Program-made: the position numbers and the translations under genes
Source: an uncultured archaeon
Lineage (GTDB): Archaea; Asgardarchaeota; Lokiarchaeia; Sigyniarchaeales; SOKP01
Length of the DNA stretch: 41,494 nucleotides
Direction: 5' to 3'
Assembly: GCA_964486045.1 (NCBI GenBank)
Contig: CAZALK010000025.1
Coordinates: 1-41,494, forward strand
Shown: in pieces, positions 32,225 through 41,494 of the stretch
Numbering within the stretch: the first letter of the stretch is position 1
How the letters are laid out: each line of letters starts with the position of its first letter
Notes under the pieces: model-generated
What the model was told of the DNA's origin: nothing
Database searches by the model: none
The model's input: only the letters and a program-made list of their open reading frames with translations

Positions 32225-32249
32225 TTTGTATACCAAAAAAGTATACAAA
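32225..32249. promoter_or_regulatory. Operator-like inverted repeat TTTGTATAC-N7-GTATACAAA
   Basis: Perfect 9-bp arms ~75-100 bp upstream of the leader ATG. Confidence 0.45.
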
Positions 32250-32514
32250 ATTTACAATTTAACAAATACATCAACTAACCTACATTTAACTTAATTTGCG
32301 ATAGAGAGCTAATAATGCTATAAACTTTTAAAGGATCTTCAAATACGGTAATGAGAGAAATGTTCCTAAACCGGAATTCATCTCGAATGAGATCAAAAAA
32401 CACTTGCTCCAACTGAACATTCATAAGATAATTACTGTCCCCAAACACTTCTTCAATCTGCTCCTAAATAGCATGTAGAAGAAGAAAAAATAAAAAAAAG
32501 TTTTAAAATTGAAT

Positions 32515-32763
32515 CTATTTCGCTTCGTGAGGCATGCAAAAATACCCTTTTTCAAGCTCGTATTTTGGAAATAAACCACAACCGAAACAACTACACCCTT
32601 TGTTTTCTATTTGGTCTTGTGGTTTCTGTGATTTTCCCCTTGCACAAAATAGGGCATGGGGTTCAAATTCATTGAGCTTATTTGGTTTAAATGAGGGACA
32701 CGGCCCACAAAACTTCCTACACACATCCATTGATGCTTCATCATCTGGAACTGGTATTGGCAT
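32515..32763 (-). CDS. Small Cys-rich metal-binding protein (DUF2769-like)
   Basis: C...CGPCPSF...LFCARGKS...GCSCFGC...YFC pattern. Confidence 0.7.
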   Translation of the reverse strand: MPIPVPDDEASMDVCRKFCGPCPSFKPNKLNEFEPHALFCARGKSQKPQDQIENKGCSCFGCGLFPKYELEKGYFCMPHEAK

Positions 32764-33002
32764 ATTTTTATCTCCTTTCTTAGATTTTAATTAATTTTTA
32801 GATTTAAACAATAGATTTTAACAATATATCTTTCAGATTACGATTAAATTAGGTAAATTAGTTTTTAAAGTTAATAATTATAAACTATTAATTTTAAACA
32901 ACAAGTAAGATCTTAGAGAATTCTGATTTAAATTAGAATAAAATAGAATTTGATGATTTTTAATTTAAAAAACTATTTCTTATTTAATTATTTTTTTTTA
33001 AC

Positions 33003-34811
33003 ATGGAAAAAATAAAGCATTTTGAATTCCAAGAAAGAAGAGAAAAGTTTCTCAATAATAATTATAAGACACCTCTCAAACAGATATTGTCATATCTTTG
33101 GGAATACAAGAAATTATTTAGGATTATTGTAACTCTTGGAATTGTGCAATCAATATTATTTTTAACGTTTCCGTTATTTCTAGGTCCTGCTTTGGATGTC
33201 TTAGTAAACCCAAGCATCTTTATCGGGAATATACTCCCCATTTTTATTATAATATTGATCATTCAAAGTATCGTTGGTATTCTCTTTGGGTTACTTATTT
33301 ATGCTAATAGGTGGATAGGGGCCAATGTTATATATAATCTAAGGAATGATCTTTTCTCGACAATACAAGTCATGTCTTGGTTATGGTTAGATGAAAATAA
33401 AACAGGAGATTTAATTTCAAGAACAACTAGTGATGTAAATCTTCTCAAAGAGTTTCTTCAAAGTAATTTTCAACTTTTTATTAGGCAGTGTGCTACTTTT
33501 ACCTTTAGTTTAGTTATATTATTTTTTATAAATTATCAGTTAGCATTTTTTGTTCTAGGTATTTCTCCGGTGTTATTTTACACACTTTTGATGTTTAAGC
33601 GCAAATTACGTCCAATTTTCAAGAAATCTAGGGAGACCTATGCAAAAATGACTCACATTATACAAGAAAATGTACAAGGAATAACAGTGGTAAAAGCTTT
33701 TGGCAGAGAAACGCATGAAATTAAGAAATTTCGCAAAAAAAATGAGGATTATTATAAGGATTCAATAGGAATCATTAAGTTGCAGGCTACTTTTGACCCT
33801 CTCGTATATCTACTTGATAATATTGCATTTCTAATTGTAATTTTATTAGGGGGAGTATATGTGATTGGTGGTGACATGACTTTTGGAACTTTTTTTTCAT
33901 TTTTAATGGTATTGAATTTCTCTGTTGAACCTTTATATTCTATCTCACGCTTTTTAGGAAATATGCCCCAAATAAGTGAAACTTGCGAGAGAGTGACCAA
34001 TATTTTAAATTCTAAGGAGAACGTGATTGAAAAAGATAAAGCCTTTGAGATGGTTCCGATTAAAGGAGAAATCGAATTTAAAAATGTTTCATTTTCATTC
34101 GGTTCACAATATAGTAGTAATGTATTAAAAAATTTAAATTTTAAAATACAACCTGGGGAAAATATTGCAATATTAGGGGCTACAGGTTCGGGAAAATCTG
34201 TTTTAGTAAAATTAATTCCAAGGTTTTATGATGTTGTTCAAGGAGAAATTTTGATTGATGGTATTAATGTTAAAGACGTAACATTGAAATCACTAAGAAA
34301 ACAAATTGGTTTTGTATCTCAGGAGCGTTTACTCTTTTCTCGTTCAATTAAAGATAATATTGCTCTTGGTAATAAAAATCTTACTTTAGAAGAAGTTAAA
34401 AGTGCTGCTTTAGCCTCAGATATCAATAATTTTATCGAAAAAGAATTACCAGAAAAATATGATACCGTAGTGAGTGAAAGAGGAATGACTGTATCTGGAG
34501 GACAGAAACAACGAATAGCTATAGCTCGAGCATTAGCAATAAAGCCTAAAATTTTGATTCTCGATGATGCCACATCTTCAGTCGATGTTGATACAGAGTT
34601 TAGAATCCAAAACAATTTCAAAGAAATTTTCAAAGAAGCTACTACTTTTTTAATAACTCAAAGATTGTCCAGTGTTAGAAACGCGGATAGAATCCTCGTG
34701 TTAGATAAAGGAACGATTGTTCAATTAGGGACTCATGAGGAATTGATGAATCAAGCAAATGGAATCTATAAAAAATTATATTCAACCCTAAAAATCGAAG
34801 AGAGGCAATAA
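33003..34811 (+). CDS. ABC exporter, fused TMD-NBD subunit 1
   Basis: Six TM helices, GATGSGKS, VSGGQKQR and degenerate Walker B LDDA with ITQR. Confidence 0.95.
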   Translation: MEKIKHFEFQERREKFLNNNYKTPLKQILSYLWEYKKLFRIIVTLGIVQSILFLTFPLFLGPALDVLVNPSIFIGNILPIFIIILIIQSIVGILFGLLIYANRWIGANVIYNLRNDLFSTIQVMSWLWLDENKTGDLISRTTSDVNLLKEFLQSNFQLFIRQCATFTFSLVILFFINYQLAFFVLGISPVLFYTLLMFKRKLRPIFKKSRETYAKMTHIIQENVQGITVVKAFGRETHEIKKFRKKNEDYYKDSIGIIKLQATFDPLVYLLDNIAFLIVILLGGVYVIGGDMTFGTFFSFLMVLNFSVEPLYSISRFLGNMPQISETCERVTNILNSKENVIEKDKAFEMVPIKGEIEFKNVSFSFGSQYSSNVLKNLNFKIQPGENIAILGATGSGKSVLVKLIPRFYDVVQGEILIDGINVKDVTLKSLRKQIGFVSQERLLFSRSIKDNIALGNKNLTLEEVKSAALASDINNFIEKELPEKYDTVVSERGMTVSGGQKQRIAIARALAIKPKILILDDATSSVDVDTEFRIQNNFKEIFKEATTFLITQRLSSVRNADRILVLDKGTIVQLGTHEELMNQANGIYKKLYSTLKIEERQ

Positions 34812-34813
34812 TT

Positions 34814-36718
34814 ATGCGAAAAAAGAAAAAACAAAAGGGGGATCCTGAAGACGAAGATTCGTATAAAGGAAGTACATTTAAAGTTATTAAACGATTAATT
34901 CATTATGTTGGAATAAATAAGAGGCTAAAATATCTTCTTATCTTATTTATTACATCAAATGTTATTTTTAGTTGGACTACACCCCTTATTTTTAGATCTC
35001 TTGTAGATGACGGATTAGGAGGAGGAATTGGAGCTACTCAAGGAAATCTTGAAATTATAATAGTTTTAGGATCTATTTTCTTTAGTGTAACAATTGTAGG
35101 AGTTATTACTAAAATTGCTCAAGGCTATATTATCTCTAAACTTGCTACGAATACTATGTATAACTTAAGAGCCGAATTATTTACGAAGTTTCAGTATTTA
35201 GGATTAGATTATCATGAAAGTACAAAAAGGACTACTGGAAAGAAGATTAATTATCTTACAGGAGATGTTAATACAATACAGGAACTAATACAATCTGGAT
35301 TATTGGTATCGGTTAGCAACTTTTTCATAATATTTGGTTCATTATCCTTCATGATAATTCTAAGCCCGGTTTTAACAGTAGTCTCATTTCTAATTGTTCC
35401 TGTTTTTTTTGTTATATCAGGAGTTCTCTTTAAAAAAGTGCGAAAGTTTTTTAATGAATTAAGGGAACGAATAGCAACTGTTACCAGTAAACTTGATGAA
35501 TCCATTATGGGAATGAAAGTAATTCAATCATTTGCTGTTGAAGATGAAAATTATGCTGAATTTAATGATGCGAATGAACAAGAAAGAAAAACAACAATGA
35601 AAGCTGCTAAATTAATGGCATTTATGCCGGGAATCATCATATCAATTATTACGTTAGGATTTAGTTCTCTTTTTTTAGTTTCGGGGACACTAATTCGGCA
35701 AGGTTCTTTATCGCAAGGAACTCTTGTTGCCTTTATATTCTATTTATTTACATTTTTTCAACCGTTATTTTCATTAGTTGGATTTTTATCGCTTCTACAA
35801 AATTCTGTAGCTGCAGGTGCTAGAATAATACGATTGCTAGATGAAAAAATCTCTATAGAAGAAAAGGATGATGCTGTGAGCTTAGATACTGTTGGAGGGT
35901 TAATAGAATATAAAAATGTAAATTTCTCTTACAATTCAGAAATCCCAGTTTTAAAAAATATTAATATAAAAATTAAAGGGAAGGAAAGGTTAGCTTTAGT
36001 AGGGTATACAGGGGCAGGTAAGAGCACTTTTGTAAAATTATTGAGTAGGTTTTATGATCCAACACAAGGTGTAGTCTTAATTGATGGGAAAAACTTGAAA
36101 GACTTGAAAATAAATAGTTTGAGAGGAAAAATGGGAATTGTTTCACAAGAAAACTTCCTGTTTTCAGGAACGATTAAAGATAATATTAAATTCAGTAAAT
36201 TGGATGCTTCAGATGAAGAGATTGTATCAACTGCCAAACAAGTCCAAGCACATAATTTTATTATAGAACTTGATAATGGATATGATACTATTGTTGGTGA
36301 ACGTGGAATTAAATTATCAGAAGGTCAAAAACAATTGATCGCATTTGCCAGAGCTCTCATATTAAATCCTCCTATACTTATACTAGATGAAGCAACTTCA
36401 TCGATCGACCCTTACAGCGAACTTCTAATTCAACAAGCATTAGAAACCTTATTAAAAAACCGTACGAGTATTTCAATAGCTCATAGACTTTCAACCATAA
36501 TAAATTCAGATCGTATTATAGTTTTAGATAAAGGAAAAATTATTGAAGAAGGTTCACATCAAACTTTGGTTGATTTAGATGGTTTTTATAACAAGCTTTA
36601 TCAAATGCAATTTAAAGATCCATTCAAAAAAGAAAAAATTGATGAAGAAGTTTTACCTGATATTGATATTCGAGATGACCCTTTAGATAAAGGAGACCGG
36701 TTTTCTAGATTTATTTAA
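34814..36718 (+). CDS. ABC exporter, fused TMD-NBD subunit 2 (heterodimer partner)
   Basis: GYTGAGKS, LSEGQKQ, LDEATS and IAHRLS. Confidence 0.95.
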   Translation: MRKKKKQKGDPEDEDSYKGSTFKVIKRLIHYVGINKRLKYLLILFITSNVIFSWTTPLIFRSLVDDGLGGGIGATQGNLEIIIVLGSIFFSVTIVGVITKIAQGYIISKLATNTMYNLRAELFTKFQYLGLDYHESTKRTTGKKINYLTGDVNTIQELIQSGLLVSVSNFFIIFGSLSFMIILSPVLTVVSFLIVPVFFVISGVLFKKVRKFFNELRERIATVTSKLDESIMGMKVIQSFAVEDENYAEFNDANEQERKTTMKAAKLMAFMPGIIISIITLGFSSLFLVSGTLIRQGSLSQGTLVAFIFYLFTFFQPLFSLVGFLSLLQNSVAAGARIIRLLDEKISIEEKDDAVSLDTVGGLIEYKNVNFSYNSEIPVLKNINIKIKGKERLALVGYTGAGKSTFVKLLSRFYDPTQGVVLIDGKNLKDLKINSLRGKMGIVSQENFLFSGTIKDNIKFSKLDASDEEIVSTAKQVQAHNFIIELDNGYDTIVGERGIKLSEGQKQLIAFARALILNPPILILDEATSSIDPYSELLIQQALETLLKNRTSISIAHRLSTIINSDRIIVLDKGKIIEEGSHQTLVDLDGFYNKLYQMQFKDPFKKEKIDEEVLPDIDIRDDPLDKGDRFSRFI

Positions 36719-36732
36719 GTATGATATTTAAA

Positions 36733-37083
36733 TTAATCAATTAATTTTTTTATTTTATAATGAATATATTTCCCGCTTTTTACACCTTCAATCAATCCTG
36801 CCTGTTCTAAGATCTTTACATGATGTGAGATACTTGGTTGGGTTAAATCTAAGATTGTAGAGAGTTCACATATGCACATTTCTTTCTTTTTAATTAGATT
36901 ATATATCAAAAACCTTGATACTTGACCAAGAGCTTTATGAGAAATAACCTCCTCTTTAAAATCTTCTCTCGCTAAAATTTCATCTCTGTTTTTTTCTAAA
37001 CCTTTAATATATTCATAAACGTCTATATCTAATCCAATACATTCGATTAGTGTTTTGATATCATCTTTGGTTTTTTCAGTCAT
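36733..37083 (-). CDS. arsR: ArsR/SmtB family repressor
   Basis: KALG..SRF.I, EMCICEL metal site, TQPSISHHVKIL; divergent from acr3. Confidence 0.88.
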   Translation of the reverse strand: MTEKTKDDIKTLIECIGLDIDVYEYIKGLEKNRDEILAREDFKEEVISHKALGQVSRFLIYNLIKKKEMCICELSTILDLTQPSISHHVKILEQAGLIEGVKSGKYIHYKIKKLID

Positions 37084-37204
37084 TCTGAATATAAAACGAA
37101 TAGTTAATAATTATATAATGTCATATCGATAAATTTAAATTTGTCTATTTATTACCTAAATTAAATATTTCCCTCTAACCTAAGAAAATATCCCATGATG
37201 CGTT

Positions 37205-38230
37205 ATGAGCGAAGAAGAAGGTAGAACTATCAGTTTTTTTGAACGCTTTCTTACAATTTGGGTAGCATTATGCATTGTGGTAGGAATTCTCTTTTCCCAA
37301 ATTATACCCGGTATTGGGGTAGCGATTAACAGTTTACAGATTGGGGGAATATCTTTACCAATTGGGATATGCTTATTTCTTATGATGTATCCTGCGATGT
37401 TGAATTTACAAGTTGCTGAATTAAAAAAGTTAGGGAAGAATCCTAAACCTATAATCTTGACAATTGTATCTAATTGGCTTATCGCTCCTTTTGTCGGTTT
37501 ACTTATGGCACGGATATTTTTACAAGGTTATGAACAGTTAATTGTAGCTATTATACTTCTTTCTAGTTCGCCGTGTACAGCTATGGTTTTGGTGTGGGGT
37601 TGGATGGCTAAAGGCAATCAAGAGCAAAATGTTATGAACACAAGTTTAAATACTATAACAATTATAATCGGCTATGCTCCTTTAGTTACTCTATTAACAG
37701 GTATCCAAAACATTCCGATTGATTGGGTTCTCTTATTAGTCTCGATATTAATTTTTATCGGGCTTCCATTGTTGGGAGGGGTAATCAGCAAAAAATTAAT
37801 TATTCGCTCAAAAGGAGAAGATTGGTTTAATGATACCTATCGTCCGATTGTAGGAAAAATATCCATTATCGCTTTATTAACGACATTGGTTGTACTTTTT
37901 TCATTGAACGGTGATGCTCTGCTACAAAATCCAGATTTATTATTAATAATTTCAATACCCCTCTTACTTGGTTTTGTAATTGTAGTTGGATATAATATTC
38001 TGATTACAAAACTCACCAAATTGAAATACCGAGAAGCTATTATTACGGTGATTATTGGATCCTCAAGCCATTTTGAAATTGCTATTGCTACTGCTATAGC
38101 TATGTATGGAATTGGTTCAGTGGCTGCTTTGGGTACTACAATGGGTCTTTTTTGGGAAGTTCCAATTATGTTATCTATAGTATATCTAGGCCGTTTTCTT
38201 AAAAAACGAGGTTTTTGGGAATCGAAATAA
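37205..38230 (+). CDS. acr3: Arsenite efflux pump Acr3
   Basis: FFERFLTIWV, MMYP, NWLIAP, PCTAMVLVW and SSHFEIAIA. Confidence 0.93.
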   Translation: MSEEEGRTISFFERFLTIWVALCIVVGILFSQIIPGIGVAINSLQIGGISLPIGICLFLMMYPAMLNLQVAELKKLGKNPKPIILTIVSNWLIAPFVGLLMARIFLQGYEQLIVAIILLSSSPCTAMVLVWGWMAKGNQEQNVMNTSLNTITIIIGYAPLVTLLTGIQNIPIDWVLLLVSILIFIGLPLLGGVISKKLIIRSKGEDWFNDTYRPIVGKISIIALLTTLVVLFSLNGDALLQNPDLLLIISIPLLLGFVIVVGYNILITKLTKLKYREAIITVIIGSSSHFEIAIATAIAMYGIGSVAALGTTMGLFWEVPIMLSIVYLGRFLKKRGFWESK

Positions 38231-38298
38231 TTAAAAATATCCAAAAAATATATTTTTCAGAAGAAACTATATTAATTAAAAAGAAGAAGCAAAAAGAA

Positions 38299-38505
38299 AT
38301 GACAAACAAAGATATAGATAAGACCATAAAAGACATAATGAAAGAAATGCGTAAATCACCAGATTATTTAGGACATTCTTGCAGCGCTCATTCAGATTCC
38401 TCGTGCGACCCTAAAAGCCAATGCAAAGACTCCGATAATCCTAAACGTTTAAAAAAAGGTATTAATTGTGGAATTAATCCCAATTGTGAGCAACTTAAAA
38501 ATTAA
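38299..38505 (+). CDS. Small Cys/His-containing protein downstream of acr3
   Basis: 68 aa from the internal ATG; five Cys (HSCSAH..SCD...QC...NCG...NC). Confidence 0.5.
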   Translation: MTNKDIDKTIKDIMKEMRKSPDYLGHSCSAHSDSSCDPKSQCKDSDNPKRLKKGINCGINPNCEQLKN

Positions 38506-38564
38506 GACAAGAATTACCAAATCTTCTTTAACTTATTAAATTTTAATTTATTTATTATTTTGGG

Positions 38565-38921
38565 GTGATTAATAAAATTAAGAACATTAAACTAACAATT
38601 TTTGCACCAGATCCAGAAAAAAAGTTGTCGAAAGGGCTTGAATACAATCCAAGTATTAATGATAGCGGAACTGTAGTTGACACACTCAGCGCCATAGATA
38701 GAATAGTTTATGCCGACTCTAAAAAATCAATATTTCCAATTTATAAAGGTTTGATACACAGTTATCTACAATTGATCTGGGATAGTGAAGAGAACAAGAT
38801 TTATGATGACTGTGCTGTAAATGCATATGGTCCAAACAGAGAATTTATACCACTACAGGAAGATATTAATTTTAATCTTTATCCTGAAAGTGAAATAACA
38901 ATTGTTGTTCATGCTGACTGA
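38565..38921 (+). CDS. Hypothetical protein, possibly beta-grasp (MoaD/Ubl-like)
   Basis: KLTIF...GTVVDTLSAID...NL.P.SEITIV pattern; ends HAD-TGA-TGA. Confidence 0.55.
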   Translation: MINKIKNIKLTIFAPDPEKKLSKGLEYNPSINDSGTVVDTLSAIDRIVYADSKKSIFPIYKGLIHSYLQLIWDSEENKIYDDCAVNAYGPNREFIPLQEDINFNLYPESEITIVVHAD

Positions 38922-38933
38922 TGAGCTGATGTT

Positions 38934-39306
38934 ATGAAAGAACGATTAGATTTTGGATCATTTAAAAAAACCTTAATGAAAAATTATGGAAAAGATCAAG
39001 AACCTTTTGTCCACTATTTTACTATTAAAAGAACGGGTTAAATTTAAGAATGATGTCTTTCAATAAACGTTAGTGAAAGATTAACTGTAGGAATGCTTCC
39101 TATTCCCTTCTAATTTTGTTAAGATATCGGAATAATTTTTGCCTTGAACATTAATTTTTCGTTAATTTTGTTAGTTTTATTCTTAGTGGTTTTCGGTTTG
39201 TTAATATTCAGATTCTTTGTGATATTTCCCAAAATAGCGTACCTTCATTGTAGTGCTAAATTTACTTGCCCTATCGGAGAAAAAATAGGAGTACGGGATA
39301 AGTAAA
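38934..39306 (+). pseudogene. Decayed membrane-protein gene
   Basis: MKERLDFGSFKK... with several stops, a hydrophobic segment and a C-terminal FPKIAYLHCSAKFTCPIGEKIG. Confidence 0.4.
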
Positions 39307-39369
39307 TAAAGTATTAAATCTTATTTCTCTTCACATCATTTAACCTAATATTTAAACTTTAGAATCGAA

Positions 39370-40338
39370 ATGGACATATTCACTCATATAATAATGGGAA
39401 CTTTATCATGTTTCTTACTACTTGGTAAAATAAGTCCTGAAGCAATAATTCTCCTTTGGATTATGGCCATTTTTCCAGATGGAGATATATTTGTGGAACC
39501 ATTTACTAAAAAACGAAACCTATACTTTTTGTCACATAAAGCCGCATCTCATTCATACATTATTGGGATAATTATAACTGCCATTATCAGTGTGTTTATC
39601 TCATTTCTTCGAGGTGTCCAATTCTTTGAGATCTGGATTGCTGGAACTATTGGATTTAGTATCCATGTTTCATTAGATTTCTTTGCTGCTTCAAAAGTCC
39701 CCCTTTTTTATCCATTTTCTAAAAAAGAGTTTAGAGTCATAGCTGATAGAGCAATAAATCCATTACTAGCTTTATTTTCTGCAATTAACCTCCTAGTTTT
39801 GCTTAGTTATTATGTGATTAGCCCATATTATCATGTTTTTATGGCGTTGACTTCATTTTATTTAAATGTCTATTTTGTCTATTTTGGAACCCGGTTGACA
39901 TTAAGACTAATAATACAATTGTTATTACCAAAAGGATCGCATTATATCCCTGATTTCATACCTTTTTTTTATCTTATTTATTCAAGAAATTCAACAGAAG
40001 GGAGTATTAAATTTAATTTGTATCGGAAATTTGCATTTTCCTCAAAAAGAAAGATGCTTTTGAATCAAACCTTCTCAAAGAATTCAGAAATAACTACCTA
40101 CATTGAACAAACAATCCAAATTAGTCAAGAATATAGGTTTTTCCATAAATGGAATTCAATGATACCATTTATCCGTGAAAATGAGCAAAACATTAATGTT
40201 GTTCTAATCTTGGCTGAAAGTTATTCAAGAATGAGATCGTATTTTCTCTCCGTCGTTATAGATAAACAAACAAAAAAAATTCTTTCAAGAGAAGACGGAT
40301 TTGGATCTTTTCACTACTGGAAAAGCATAGAATTTTAA
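39370..40338 (+). CDS. Membrane-bound metal-dependent hydrolase (YdjM-like)
   Basis: MDIFTH, PDGD, HKAASHS, HVSLD and LFYPFS motifs. Confidence 0.85.
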   Translation: MDIFTHIIMGTLSCFLLLGKISPEAIILLWIMAIFPDGDIFVEPFTKKRNLYFLSHKAASHSYIIGIIITAIISVFISFLRGVQFFEIWIAGTIGFSIHVSLDFFAASKVPLFYPFSKKEFRVIADRAINPLLALFSAINLLVLLSYYVISPYYHVFMALTSFYLNVYFVYFGTRLTLRLIIQLLLPKGSHYIPDFIPFFYLIYSRNSTEGSIKFNLYRKFAFSSKRKMLLNQTFSKNSEITTYIEQTIQISQEYRFFHKWNSMIPFIRENEQNINVVLILAESYSRMRSYFLSVVIDKQTKKILSREDGFGSFHYWKSIEF

Positions 40339-40359
40339 TGATTTTCAAGGAGAAAGTAG

Positions 40360-40956
40360 ATGTTAGAAAAAAAGTTGCTTTCAGAAGTGTGGAATTTTGC
40401 GCTTAAAAATTCTGAAAAAGATGATATCCATGGTTTTTCTCACACTGAGCGAGTATATGAGTTATGCGTCAAGATTGGAAATGGTTTAAAAGCTAATCTT
40501 TTTGTTTTAAAAATCTCTGCATTGCTTCATGATATCGGTAGAGTGAGTGAAGAACAAGATATTAGTATTAGAAATCATGCCGATCTATCAGCTGAAATGA
40601 GTTTAGATTTTCTAAAATCTCAAGACTTTCATATATCTCAAGATGATCTTGATAATATAATACACTGTATTAGAGCACACTCCTTTTCAAACAAAACTAT
40701 TTCAAGAACTTTAGAAGCAAAAATCTTGTCTGATGTGGATAAATTAGATGCCCTTGGAGCAATAGGACTTTACCGAGTCATTGGATTTACAATAAAAAAA
40801 AAAGGTGGAATTGAGCAAGTTATTGAACATCTGGAAAATAAAATATTGAAGCTAAGAGATCAATTATACTTGGAAGAATCGCAAAAAATCGCAGATGAAA
40901 GAAAACAAATAATAATAAATTTTTATCATAAACTAAAGCAAGAAAGCAATATCTAG
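40360..40956 (+). CDS. HD-domain phosphohydrolase
   Basis: HGFSHTERV, LLHDIG, NHA, AHSF and DVDKLDALGAIG. Confidence 0.92.
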   Translation: MLEKKLLSEVWNFALKNSEKDDIHGFSHTERVYELCVKIGNGLKANLFVLKISALLHDIGRVSEEQDISIRNHADLSAEMSLDFLKSQDFHISQDDLDNIIHCIRAHSFSNKTISRTLEAKILSDVDKLDALGAIGLYRVIGFTIKKKGGIEQVIEHLENKILKLRDQLYLEESQKIADERKQIIINFYHKLKQESNI

Positions 40957-41237
40957 ATCCCTTTTTATCCTTTCCTTGTTATTTCCTTGTTATTAGGAAC
41001 TCTAAGTGTTAAAGATAACTTGATAGATTATTTAACACAATTAAACGATGATAAAAATGAGAAGATTTATTCTCAAATAGCCGACTTTTTTAGAAAACTA
41101 GGTGAAAGTTAGAAAAAAAGAAAAAATATACAGAATTTTATTTTAATCTTTTTTTTAATCTGTCATGTCACTTTAAATCTAGAGGTTTAGGAGGATTAAA
41201 AAGGGGAGAAAAAATAAAAAAATAAAAAAATAATAAA

Positions 41238-41494
41238 TTAGGTCTTGAGTCTTCTTCTTAGTTTTATCGTTATTACGGTTATTAATACACTTACAACCCC
41301 AATCAGAATTGGAAGATTATAACTGGGGATCAAACTTGTAGGCACACTGGGATCGTTAGGAGGATCATCAGGTGGATCCTCAATAGGGTCGGCTCCTGTC
41401 ATTCCCGCAAAATAGATTGATAGAGACGGGTCATGTATTAATTTCTCACCGTTCCATAATGGATAGTTCTGAGTTTCCATGCTAAAAAGGCTAT
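41238..41494 (-). CDS. C-terminal end of a surface protein with a Loki-CTERM-type sorting tail (partial)
   Basis: Frame open to the window edge; Pro/Asp linker, IPSYNL, TM helix and a basic tail KLRRRLK. Confidence 0.7.
   Translation of the reverse strand, partial: SLFSMETQNYPLWNGEKLIHDPSLSIYFAGMTGADPIEDPPDDPPNDPSVPTSLIPSYNLPILIGVVSVLITVITIKLRRRLKT

Noticed and set aside
40971-40994. Tandem 11-bp duplication TTTCCTTGTTA
   Set aside because: Only two copies with no spacers; not a CRISPR array.
1-41494. tRNA, rRNA or CRISPR arrays
   Set aside because: None recognised by eye; a tRNAscan/Infernal run would be needed to exclude them formally.

Overview
AT-rich archaeal window that looks like an Asgard (Lokiarchaeia-type) genome; this is inferred from an Arf-family GTPase, a longin/folliculin-like gene, a Loki-CTERM-type tail and an Smc5/6-like SMC. 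The left ~25 kb is an accessory, decay-rich region. It holds a grpE with an in-frame stop, a TnpB/methyltransferase remnant, a tyrosine integrase, an orphan MCP, an intact IS256/Mutator-like IS (35-bp TIRs, A8 target duplication), a Pro-rich metalloprotease, a metallophosphoesterase, a divergent longin-like/Arf-GTPase pair, a zinc-ribbon-repeat nuclease and an Abi_C/HEPN-like gene. The right part holds a pseudo-AAA/Smc5/6-like/kleisin operon, cysteine synthase, a heterodimeric ABC exporter, arsR-acr3 and hydrolases. The top finding is an unannotated 23-aa ORF ending CCCMCCCC just upstream of cysteine synthase, with several RNA pairings and U-tracts, which is a candidate cysteine-sensing attenuator in an archaeon. 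Several single-base frameshifts may be sequencing errors.
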